Source of the DNA: Raillietiella orientalis
Taxonomy: Eukaryota
DNA: 64,000 bases
NCBI GenBank assembly: GCA_036172245.1
Contig: JAYWIR010000010.1
Coordinates: 1,426,001-1,490,000 of the forward strand
Reading direction: 5' to 3'
Under the pieces are notes generated by a model. That model did no database searches. It had not been told where the DNA came from and saw only the letters and a program-made list of their open reading frames with translations. This document shows positions 12,790 to 24,900 of the stretch, one piece after another. A program made the position numbers and the translations under genes. The first letter of the stretch is position 1. Every line of letters begins with the position of its first letter.

Positions 12790-14300
12790 GGTGTAGCGAA
12801 GTGGCAGACTACAGGGGTAAGATCCTCAAAGGACCGAGGGAAATGGACATAAGGGTGAGAAGAGGGAGAATCTCCTGCATCGTCTTATCAGAGGCATACA
12901 AATTTCTGGGGAAGTCCTTTGGAATGGACATTTTAGACTCCCTTCCTCCCAAGGAAGAAATATGCGAGATAGAGAATTCAATTCTGGACAGTGGCCTGTC
13001 CACGTGGCAGAAGATGGATGCCTTGACGACCTTTTTCTATTCCAGCCTAGTCTACTCTAAGAGGCTGGTGACGAGAACACCCAAAGGAAGAATGGAGGTA
13101 CCAAGAAGACCAAGAAGTTCAACGGAAGATTAAGAAAGTCTTGCATCTCCCGGCCCGGGCAGCAAACCTCTAAGGAGTATCTCTAAGGAGATGGGAAGAA
13201 AGGCTGCCCGGGACAACTGAAGCGGACTGCTCAATCAGACACATTCATTATAGACAGCTACCTGAAATTACTCACTTCCCCGGACAATGTTGTCGAGGAG
13301 CTGACCCAGGAGGCTCTCTGAGAAATGGTGTTGCAGAAAATACTCGAGCTGCCATCGGATGAGGATCCTGGAAGGTTTCGTGCTGGAAATTCTCGGGAGC
13401 CAGCGGAGATGTCATTAGCATATAGGCGAGAGGAAGGCAGGCTTCAGGAAGTGAATATCATTAGGAATTCTTGGGTGGAGAGTCCAACATTACGGTTGGC
13501 GGGGTCGCTTCAACAAAAATACAAGAAGTTTGCCTCCGGCATGAGAGCAGCTCAGAGAGAGCAAGCATGCTTCGCAATCCCTGGTAGAAAAGCACCCGGA
13601 TCAGGGAAAGGCCATGCAGTGTGTGTGGGTCTGGACCGCGCGTCCAGCTGCCTCCTCACGACTGGGGAATTTCTGAGGTCTTCGGATTGCAGGTTCGTCC
13701 ACTCTGCTCGTTTGAATCTTCTTCCCATAAGAGGAGTAACCAGAAAGGGAGATGCGGATCGCACATGTCGGCGATGCAGAGTGTGAGATGAGATTGCCTC
13801 ACACTGTCAATCATCATTGCAAGATGCACTCTCCTCTTCCTACTGCGCCGCACGACGTGGAAAGCTGCGGTGGAGGTAGCTAAGTGGACCTTGATCTCGA
13901 CGAACCAGAAGGTTCCGGAAGTGCATTCCTCCCTACGACCCGACTTTGCACTGCAGAAGGGCGACCAAATGGCAGTACTGGATGACTGCTGCCCTTCCGA
14001 GAACGGAGAGGAGGCGCTCAGCACAGCCAGAAGGGAGGAGACAGAAAAATACTGACGCGTGACCCTCCAGTTGACCCAACACGAAAAGTAACGTAAAGTC
14101 CTTGCCTTCCTCATCGGTTCACTTGGAACCTGGGATCCAGAAAACGAAGCCGCTCTTCAAGATCTTGGAGTCCCTAGGAAGTATTCAGAAAAGATGAGGC
14201 ACCTCATGGTGACCTTGTGCATCCGATACAGTGGGGACATCTACTGGACCCACGTGCTGGGAAGACTTTCGGAAGATGCAGAAGTCGCTCTGCACCCTGA
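12790..14300 (+). mobile_element. 5'-truncated, decayed R2-group non-LTR retrotransposon (Utopia/NeSL-like; RT C-terminus, CCHC, restriction-like endonuclease)
   Basis: Frameshifted motifs in order: EAYKFLG; ILDSGLSTWQKMDALTTFF; DTFIIDSYLKLLTSPD; LLTTGEFLRSSDCRFVHSARLNLLP; CRRC; LRPDFALQKGDQMAVLDDCCPSENGEEALSTARREETEKY (PD-D RLE); LIGSLGTWDPENEAALQDLGVPRKYSEKMRHLMVTLCIRYSGDIYWTHVLG. Confidence 0.9.
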
Positions 14301-16909
14301 AGACGTCTGGGAGCCGCTCTCATAAGAGGGAGCCGGGGCCGAGAGTGGATGAGAACGAAAGAAACAAGCGCTCTCGACGGCCAGAAGGGAGAAAGAAGAG
14401 GAGTAAGAAAAAGAAGAGGAAGGGAAGAGGAAGAGAGGGTGGAAGAGAAGGACGAGAAATGAGGGAGGAGCTCCTCCACCCTTCTCTAAAGGGACGTCCG
14501 GCTCCTCTTCGGGGAGCAGGGGAGTCGGAGTGGTGGCAGCACCCCTGCATCTGCACTCCGCCCTTCCTTTCTCCCCCTCCCCCGCGAGTATCTGAGCTTC
14601 CAAAGCCATCCGTCCGTCCGCATGCATCGCGCGCGGGCCGCCTGGAGATGTCCCTACTGAGCACGGGGAAAGCACGTTCTTCGCCCGCACGTGAGTCCGC
14701 CGGGAGGAGAAGGAGGAGGAATGCCAGTGGCACTTGTGGAACGGTCGCGCGCGCACGCACGCACGCACGCACGCCGCCACTGCCCTGCCCCGCCCTCCTC
14801 CGCCTCCTTCTCCTCACCCCACCCCCTCCTCCTTTCCCCGTTCAGTTCTCGAGAGCGCGCGCGCCGACTCATTGCGCCGCCGCCGTCGGCGCTGCCGTTC
14901 GTCGCTGCCGTCGCCTCCGCGAGATGCTCATTTCCAGCTAGATGAAGTGGGTAATCCCATTAGGTTCGGAACGAAAGATCATCCATCTTTAATGACCGCG
15001 GACTAATGTCTGCCTTTGATAGTTCCGTATTCTTCCTTTCGCTCGCACCAGCAGCAGGAACAAAAAGGGATTAACCGTAACGGGAAAACGCTGGAGAAAG
15101 AATGAGGAAAAAAATTTTTTTTTTTTTTTCCTTCCGAAAAGTCCCGCTGCGGGGACGGAGGAACTGCTGCCGCAGATCCTCGCTTTTCCGCCTGGGTTCC
15201 CCTCCCCGATTTCTCGCTCATTAGCGCCGGTGGGGGGGACTGGACGCAAGGACGACCGGCAACGGGGAGCAAGGAGGCAAGCTCCGCCGCTTCGCCCTCC
15301 TTCCGGAAGACGGGCGCGCCCTCTCCAGCCGTCGCGAAGAAGCGTCCGATGAGCCTTGAGGCAGCCGGGAGCCGAGGCGACCTGCGAGTCGTCGTCTCGG
15401 ACCTCCCTCGCCGGAAGCGAGCCCGCTGGCATTCGAAGGGATCGTCGGAAGCGAGTGCTTGGGCGGAGATGGGGGAGGAAGAACACGGTCCCCTGCAGGA
15501 GCACACACTTGCGAGACCCCTTCCCCACCCCCCTGTCCGGAAGAGGAGTGCTTGCGCGCCGGCTCCATCCATCTATTTGCCTCCTCCCCGACGTTTTTCT
15601 TTTTCTTTCCTCTTTCTCGATTGGCTCCCTACAGGGCAGCCATCAGGAGACGAGGGTGATGGTCTTTCCGACGATCGCGAAAACGGCATGAGATCTGCCC
15701 AAGCAGGAGCCGACGCCCGGGGGCCTCCTCTTCGTGCGGACGGCATGGCCGAGGAAGTAGCACTGCGGTCTACCTCTGCGCCGAGAGCGAAGGCTTGTCC
15801 TGACCCTGCCGTTTCGGCCGCGCTCTGCCCCCAAGACTTGAGTTTCTCAACGTGCACACTGAGGCGTCCTTGTTCCGCAGACCCCGGGCACACGCTTTCC
15901 AGAAAGAACCACTCCCCGCGAAGAGGGATCTAGCGACCGCTAGCGGGATTCCTCCCGATCGGAATTCGTACTTTCGCGGGCATGGCGGCTGCGCTCTTAG
16001 GCGCGGGGAACGCTTTCCTTTCCCGATCCGGGATGGCGGTGATGGTGGCGGTGGTGACAGGGAATGGGAGGGGGGGTGGGGTGTAGGACCCGAGTGGAAT
16101 TGCGAGCGGGAAGGAAAGGAGGGATGATGTGTGCAGAAAGATTTGCACACCGCGCACCGGAAACACTTCGCGCTCTCTTCACGCCCGCCCGCCCCCCCAC
16201 CGGTGCTCGGCTGCAATGCAAAACGCACGGCCGCTCCAAATGACTTCGTCAAGATGCAATCGGCTGCCCGGTCACGAAGCAACGAGCTTTTCCTCGGGCG
16301 CCATCTTGCTTGATATTTTCACCCGTATCCGTTTTATGCATGGTGGTGGTGGTGGGGGGGAAGGAAAGTGATTTACCGGGTGGGTCGAAGGTTAAATTCC
16401 GACGGTCTTTGTGGGGCAGCCTACGACTGCAAATCCTGAGCTCCAAATGCCTCCTCCTCAGCAAGCCGGGATGAGGGTTTTTCTCCCCGATCGGGGCGAA
16501 TCGAGCGTGGTGCACTGCGGAATGATCCGATTTCGAGTGCTCCGGCGCAGCCGAGTGGAGATCAGCGGCCTCTCAGCTGGTCGTGAGGACCTCCGGAAAA
16601 CCGGTGGCGCGAGCCGTCACCGTCTCGCAATATCTCGATCTCATTCCTCAACGATCCCAATCGGCCAGCCGCTGCTCAACTTTTTGCTCCCTCTTCCCTC
16701 GTCCCGCCCGCGCTCCCCGAACCTGGCTTCACGGGAAGCAGGAACAATCTCTAAGCGCGCTGCTCTGTTTCCCTTTCGGGAACTTCAGCAGACGTGATGA
16801 AACAGTTTCCCTCGTGTCCAGAGAGTCCCCGCACTGCAGCAAATCGTTGGGATGCATCCTCGTTTTTCAGGATGCCGAGATTCTTTAGCACACGGTCCGG
16901 TCGACGATC

Positions 16910-17165
16910 CCACATTTGCACGATCATTCATGGGGCGAACGTGTTCGGGCACTGTCTTTTCGGGGGCGTGTTTTCGACGTCCAAGCCGTCTCCCTTGAAG
17001 CACACACGGGAAGCTTTCCCCATGGATTTGGTCTCGTGGAAATCCTGGAAGGGGAACACGTGAATCAGCAGTGACAAAGGCACAGACCAAGCGTGCATAA
17101 ATTCACATCATCGAGTACCCCCAAGCCATATTGTCCGTTTCTCCGATGGACGTCCACCTGAGCAT
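16910..17165 (+). repeat. ~250-bp dispersed repeat, copy A (upstream of CCDC61)
   Basis: Shares blocks such as aacgtgttcg, cccttgaagcacacac, aaatcctggaa, gcgtgcataaattcacatc and attgtccgtttctccg with 18447-18675, with small indels. Confidence 0.85.
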
Positions 17166-18064
17166 TCACTTCCAGTTTCCAGGTCCGAGAAAGATGTGCC
17201 TCCACTTCAGGAGCTGTGCGAATACACGTTCTGCCAGAGGCATCAATCAAGATGAATCCGTTACTTTTTCAAAAAAAAAAAAAAAAAAAAAAAAGGAAGA
17301 AGAAAAAAAAATCGGACGCTTCTCGCTCTCTTTGCAGATGCGGTCACCGCTGTGACGATTTGTGTAAGCAATTAGGATGAATGAATTGGACAGATGGACC
17401 CAAGCTGGAATGGTGACAAAACAATGAGGGAAACTTTCTTCCTCCCGGGCAAGTCGGCTGCTGCTGAATCTCGAGAAGTTTTTCCCATCGCTTCGGATGC
17501 GCAAGCGAGCCGGCAGGAGCAGCGAAAGAGGGAAGCAATTTTTCTGCCGCTCGGCGGTTTTCGAAAAGGGTTTTCGGAACGCAAAACAAAGCAAGGGCGA
17601 CGCAGGGTCCCTCTTGCGATTCTTCTCCCAACCTGGCTGCCCCGAGACCGGCCTTAGGACCGTTTTCGAGTTCCCAGCGAGTTCTTCAGAAATCCATCGC
17701 GACGTAAGGCGTGCAGCTCCGCAGTAGTGTTTCTTTTTTCTTTTTTCCTTCGTTCCAGGAAAAGCTCGGTTCGTCCCCACCCCCACCCCCAGCGGCGTCC
17801 CAGCTGGCGCGGCATCCAGGCGGACGTCTTCGGGAGGCATCTATTGCCGGAACGGGGAACTACTCTCCTCCTCCCCGCACGCAGAACAATGCGGAGCGAC
17901 CCCCCATTGTTACGTGGACCATTGTGAGAGTTCGCCTGCGCGAAGGACTGCGGTCGCGGATCTCTTCGCCGCTTTCCGTGCCGTGCCTCGAGTGTCTTCC
18001 GACCACGATGGCGCCGTGACCTCTTGCGCTCCCACCTGGGCCTACGAGCTGCCGAGCTGAAGCG

Positions 18065-18897
18065 ATGGTCGAGCCCACCTTCCTGACGTCCACCGTGTCC
18101 TCAACGGGGAAAAACTACGTGCTCAACATGAAGATCATGGACAACGCTTTCGTCGACGTCCAGCTCATAGACACTGATTCTTCGGAGCAGTGGCACTCTC
18201 TGTTCGAAAGAAAGTGTAAGAATTTCTATTCCTCGCCGGTTCGCGGGTTCCGGTCCTCATCCCGATTCCCTCCTCTTCCTCCTCCGTCGTTCGTGCTCCT
18301 ACCGTTCTCTCTTTCGTCGGAATCCGTCATGTTTTTTTTTTTTTTTTTTTTTTTTACCCCGCTCTTGATCGTCGTTCGAACCTCCACCCTCGAGGACCGC
18401 AAACGATCAATCGAGGAGAGTTTTTCCCTTTCGTCCTTTGATCCTCCCATTCGCACAGTCCTTCTCAAGGCAAACGTGTTCGAGCGCTGTCTTTTTGGGG
18501 ACATGCTTTCGACATCCAAGCCATTTCCCTTGAAGCACACACAGGAAGCTTTCTCCATGCATCCGGCCTCGTAAAAATCCTGGAAAAGGAACACATGAAT
18601 CAGATCATGCGTGCATAAATTCACATCGTCGAGTACCCCATTGTCCGTTTCTCCGGTGGACAACCACCTAAGCATTGCACCTCTCGTTTTTTAACCTTTG
18701 AGAAAAGGAGTATTTGCTGTTTCGAGATGGAACAGCGGGTGAAGGCGGAGGGAAAGGATTGAACCTCCATACCAAAATCACGGAAGAATCACAAGACGGG
18801 GATGCGTACGTAAGCAGAAGGATCTCCATCCCAGCAGCTGCAACGAAATCAGCGGGTTGGAGATGCGAGTCGGAGCTTCCATTCGAGATGATCAAAC

Positions 18898-18937
<40 letters not shown>

Positions 18938-21900
18938 AGGAGGGGTTGAGGAACGGGGGAAATCATCTTTCTAGATGGTTTCCCCCGTTCCTTTCTCGGG
19001 AAGCCGAATTGGAACCCCACAGCTCCGCGTCTTCAGATCTGCGCTGTCATCGGCCAACTTTCGGTTTCGGACCATCTGCAAACAACTCGAGCTGGAATTC
19101 ACTCCGGAGAAATTCGTCTGGAAGAAAGCATAGCGCATGCCGCGAAGATCGTGACTTCAGCAGCATCAGCAAAAAGAGGCATCCATCTGCGATTTGATTT
19201 TCTCTTGTTTTTCATTTCCGCCTTAAATCCATTTCCAGACCCAGATCTCCACCACCCTCGTTTCCTCCGGAGCACGACCACGTCCTGCGGAATTTCCGAG
19301 CTGGTGAAACGAATCGAGTTGCCACAGCAACGCTTTCATACACTGGAGCCGTAACCGCTCCTGCAGTTCGCATCGTGTCAGCATTACTTCTGATGCTCTG
19401 AATAATTTCGCCTCCTGGGTTATTTGCTTAAGTGATCGCGGCGAGACATTCAGTTTCACAAAGGCTGCACGTGCAGCGTCTTTCACACATTCCCTTCTTT
19501 CATCTGCTTCTTGCCCCTCCTCCCTTTCATCTTTCCAGGTGAGTATTTCAGCAGGTGAATATTTTCAGTGGCAGAATCCACGTGAGATCTCCAGTGGCCA
19601 CTTGACAGTCATTAAGTATCAACAACCAAAAAAGCAGGTTGAATATTCGTAGTGCGGAAAACTTTTGGTATAAAATACCTGTCTCCATTGAGTTTCTGTG
19701 GAAATGCAACTTTGCCTGTCTCTTGTTCGCACTCGGTTACCGAGATGTCGAAAATAGTGTTCTGGAGTTCTTCCTAGCAACAACAACAACAACGAAAGTC
19801 CCATAGTTTGATGAAGGAGTTGGCTCGCATTTGGTCACGAAACGAGCTGACCACTCTTTCTGTCTCAGAATCATCATCATCGCACACATTCCGCTTCCTA
19901 CCCCGATTTTGAGTGTAAACATGTACGATGCAAACCCTCTGTGTCCGCCACATGTACAAAACTACCAACTAAAGAGAGAGCATCTGTTACTGTCTGTACC
20001 GAACTTCGAAAAAATGCGACCTGCTGACCGGAATTTTTCTCGAGTTCAGCAGTAAGAAATGCATGCACATTCTTTTTCGAGACACCATGCAGCATCCCGG
20101 TTCCTCTAGAGAAACGAGAACCGTTTGAAACTTGGATCTTCTTGCGCCTATCTGGTCCAGCGAACGCAGTACAAAGTGAATGAGTAATTCATTTTTTTTT
20201 TTTTTTTCAAGTGTTAGCAAGCGTTTATTATCCAAGTTTGCGTCCATGATTCCGTCGGCATCCACACTTTTGATAGTTCACGCACCAGTTATCGTGATCA
20301 GGAACCGGTGACCATTGCACGTTCCCTTTGATTTCGCCCAAAGAATCTGCGTAGAAACTTTGTGTTTGCTAATCACGTTGGGGACGAGCCATTCGTCATA
20401 ATTTCTTGCCACAGCCCCTTTGCTCAGGAGCGCTTAAGATGTATGCTCCCCTGATTTGTTACTTCTTTCATTCTTCGCTTCTTCCTCTCCGCTTGCTGGA
20501 ATTCGTTCTTCTTCTGTCTCTCTCTTCTTGCCTCTCTGCTCGTAAAAGGAGGCAGGAAGCCGTCCAGACGCAAGCAATTTTTTTTTTTTTTTTTTGAGGG
20601 GGGGGGGACACACCTTGTGAAACCACAGAGAACACAGACACAGACATTCAGTGAACACTCGCGGGAGGGTCCTGGTAGTTGAACCCGAGTTGAAATCACG
20701 GAATCAAGAATCCCGCGTAAGCTGCAAGTCTTCCGAGGTCGGGCATTGCATTGAGCTGCAAAAAAGAAAAAAAAAGAAAGAAAAAAAGCACGGCAGGGGA
20801 GAGACATTTTGCAACAGAATCCACCGTTTTACTTGGAAAACCAGAACGGAATGGATTTCGTCGTGCTTTGCGATGCCTCTGCGGATGTGCATCCCATGGA
20901 AAAATCAAAGAGGTTGTTGTGATCCACGGTTGTCGAAGCTGCGAAGAACCCATGGAAACGACGACAGTCTCCACGAACAGATTCTTCACGCACGTATGGC
21001 AACATACGTCGTCCCGGATGCGTTCCGTTCGTACTTCGGAAGTACGCAAAAGGAAGGCTTGTACGTGGGGACCCGAGTCACCTTTGCTTTTGCCTTTCTC
21101 TTGCAAAATTATCACTGTCCTCCGAGGTGTGCGAGAGAGTACGCTAAAATGCGTGTTTTTTCTCAAAGGAACCACAACGGTCGCGTTTGTTTTCAGCTCA
21201 GTAACGTGCCTAACATCCATCTATCAAGCCTTATCCTATCGTTCCCTCCTCCCAACCTGCAGCAACTTCCCGTCTAAGCTTACACGAATTTCCGTAATCT
21301 GATGTCAGCTTCTGGACACGGTGGTTTCCTCACCGTAGTTGTGTTCTGTGCATAAGCAGCCGCTCTTCCGCTGAAAAGCCGCGGAGAATGTGGAGCATTC
21401 TCCTGCAAGGAAAGACCTTGGCCAGGTTGTGTTCTCCAGGGTAGGATTCGTGGATACGTTAATTATGGTTCCCCGTAGGATTTTTTTTTTTTTTTTTTTT
21501 TTTATCTTTTAAGCGTTGAAATTAATGTGCAAGTTGTTCTGCTTCAGTCAAAATAATGACAATGATTTGAAGTGTTAGAACGATACCGTTGACTGCTGCA
21601 GTAATGATTCGTGCTGCTGTGGAGAAATATAAAACATGCCGGCTGACCACTGAATCTCCTCTTTATCTAGATTTCGGGTTTCAATAAATCTCTGCCGTGG
21701 CTTTTTCGACTGACGCTCTTTCAGTCTCATTTAGAGGTCGTGGTCGATTTCGATAGAGACCTTAACGAGTTGTGGACCATTCGCACAGAGCACGGCGGCT
21801 GTCGGATTTCATGGTAGCTGGGAACCCTGCTGGTTGAACAGATAACACACGTCTCGTTCTTGTGCGTGGTGAGACTCTCTCCCCTCCCCCCTCCCCACGG

Positions 21901-24900
21901 GTGCCACACACCTTTCGATTGGCTTTTTTATCCAGAGCAGAGGGAAAATCCATTCCGTTCATCATGCTCAGGAAAAAGAACACGGATCGGTTCTTTTTAC
22001 TGATCCGTTTTCACTACGCGGAAACTCACCTATTCCGTCATCGTCATCACCCTGACAATGCCAGGAGGATATTCGAGCTTTTCTTCCAGGATGGACCGAG
22101 AGATTTCATCGAATAACTATTCAAGCCAGGCAATCAAGTTGAACCGATAACCATCTCCTTTCGAAATTTCGTTTCTGTTGAATTTGATGTGGTTGAACGA
22201 TCGTTTTTTTTTTCACCGACTGGATTGTAGAATTGAAAATTCCATTTCATTTAGTTCTTCGAAGGTCATGCTCGTGAGTTACCTGGAGGGAATGTACACG
22301 CGCTCCTTGATTAGACAAATTCGTTGCAGCCACAGATTTGCAAGCCACCTTTGCATCCGATGGCTACTTGAGATTTAGTGACCGCTTTGGATCATCCTAC
22401 AGATTCGATCCCTAAAGCTCTTCTTGGCAAGATTCGTTCGAAGCGGTTCCATAAATCCCAGTTCATGTTCTTTCCTCCGAGGGGGAACTGCTTCCAACAT
22501 CGGGAATTTACAACACGTGGGATGTGTCGTGCAGCATCTCGCAGTCACTTCTCGCGCAATTCGAAGGCTCCTTTCCGAGCTATTGATGAAATCGGAAGGT
22601 CTGAATTTTCCTTCGGATTTCACCACGTTGGGTTTCCGAGGTCCCAAGCAAATGGTTCTTCTGCTCCCCATGAAGTTCCGTTTATTTTGCAATTTTCTCC
22701 GGTTCCTTTTCGGAAATCTTCCGTCTTCTCAATGGGAGCGGAATTTCATCCCGTTGCGGAAAATCGAGCTTTTCGGTAGCAAATTCCTTTCGTTAATAAA
22801 CAGTGCTTGAATCCGGGAAAATTTGGAAAATTGCCGCGCGGTCCAGCAGCCGCCGCAGTTTGAGCTGTTTCAGGCCCATGTGGCTGGAATTTCTTCTCTC
22901 CGGTCTGACTTTAAATTTCCAGGCTTACCCAACGCGGCTCAGCATTGCGACATCACAGAATTTACACTCCAAAAGGTAACAAAAATATCACCAGCTGTAA
23001 GTGAAAATGGGATCTTTCCTGCTGCCCTATTTTATTCCTGGATGGTAATGGCCAGTCAGAGAAGGAACTTTCGAGTACACCACAGCATCCTCACTCAGAA
23101 ACTGCGCGGATGAAAACGAGGGCTCGAATGCGTCCCAAACACATCATCAGCCGTAATTTATCTGGATGAAACGGGAGTCGGAATTCATACGGTGCTGATC
23201 TCCTCCTTTTTTTTTTCTTTTTTTTTCCCCCCCTCCCCTCTCCCCTCTCTTCTTTTCTTGCATTCATGGAACTCGAGGAAAAGAAAGAAGCATTTTGACA
23301 TTTCATAACGATATCATCTACGGATATGAATAAATAAAGTTCGAGCATACTTGATTGCGATGTTGTGAACTCGGCTGTGAGAATTCGGCCTACGAACCAA
23401 GCAACCGAGAAACGAAGTAGTGTTCAAAATTTCATTCTTCCTTCACAACGGAAAGAACGGCAGACCGTTGCCCACGCATTGGGCCATCTGTCTGGCTGCC
23501 TTCTTTCAATCGCACGTAAAAGCTCAAAGCTACAGAAAAAGAACCTCACGCCCAAGAAAATGCACACGTAAGTGCGCCGTAACACGAAAGTGCGAACACG
23601 AACACACAGGATGACACTCGAGGACCCGAAACGCCTCGCCCCTTTCTGCACTGCGTTTGTGAAGAACGGGCAGCGCCTTGAGGTTCTCTTCGCTGGCGGA
23701 TTTCATTGCTCACTATGAAAACGTGGAGCCTTCGTCCACGAGCAGCGGATCGGAGGGGGTTGCATTTCATTCCGGCGCATCTTTCCAGATATAGAAGACA
23801 TCACTCTCAAAACGGGAAATTTCAAAAGCTTCTCTACTTTCGTGTGCATGCTGCAGTCTGGTCTGAGCAAAGTAAGTCGGGACTCGGTCCTGGACGGATC
23901 GATGACGATGATTTTCACAGAATAGCGACAGTATATCCCTGGAGGTTCTCGGCTATGCCGACCTGGAGCAAATGAGGAGTAAAAAAGTCAACGACGGAAT
24001 GCAGGCGCAGCCCAAACCCCTTTCTCCCACATTACAGCAAAAACGCTACCTTATCGTCAAATATTCTTCGGAGTTTGATAAGTATTTCGACTTGCTCGGA
24101 TGTTTTGCTTACGCGAGTCTCGGGCATCTTAAGGGTGGCTTGATAGCTGTCTCGATTTCCATGAGCGGCTTCGCCCCCCAACCCCCTTCCTTCCTCCGAT
24201 TTCCATAGGCGTTTCGCATAATATGATACATCTGTGTTCTACAAGCTTCCGTTGGCTTTGGCTGGAGCGTTTCTAAACGCACGCGTTTTCGGATCGCCTC
24301 GGAAACATAGTTTTGAAATGGAGGAGAATGGAGGCGTTGTCTTCGTTCGTTGTGAAACTCCCTCGGGAAAAGTATCATCTGGGGCCATGTTTTCATCCGG
24401 AACGCGAGGTACACCAATGATGTGACGAAATGATGGCTTCAGACTATCAATTATGCGCGCGAAATGGGAATCCGAGATTGGGTTGACCAGAAACCAAACC
24501 AGAGTGACCTTTACTAGAGTGGGTTCAAGATCGCACGTAAACAAAAGTGAGCAGGGCGCAACTGCTATTGTCCTTCGTGTTTACTGAAAAGTGTTGCAGG
24601 CGGCTATTTTTTTATTCTTGGATGAAGAATTCTCCTAGATTTCATCCGTTCATCACGCAAACAAAAGCAAACTACGGATAAGTAGTCAATAAAGGGACCA
24701 AAGGGGGAGAAACAAAGGTACGAGCGATGTATCTGAGCAACTCTTCCCAAGCATCTGAAACTGATGGATGAAATCTCCGTCGATGGACTCAACTAGGTAG
24801 CGATTAGCGACTTCATCCGTAGTTTTCTAACAGAAAAGGTCCTGTTTGTTTTTCCCTCCTCTTTTGTCCTCTTTTCCACTTTATACGCGCATTATCCAAC

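Noticed and set aside
3169..15073. TAATCC (Bicoid/Otd-type) sites around tailless at 3169, 3669, 4247, 12277, 14952 and 15068
   Set aside because: About five would be expected by chance in 16 kb at this base composition (rough estimate), so there is no enrichment.
14231..16400. GC-rich ORF cluster with poly-Arg, Pro and Glu translations
   Set aside because: Low-complexity purine tracts and (GCAC)n repeats, with no splice-consistent domain. More likely regulatory or intergenic DNA.
20800..21460. Minus-strand KPSFCVLPKY (Penelope-like) and FPC...H (C2H2-like) fragments
   Set aside because: Single weak motifs without the expected neighbouring motifs.
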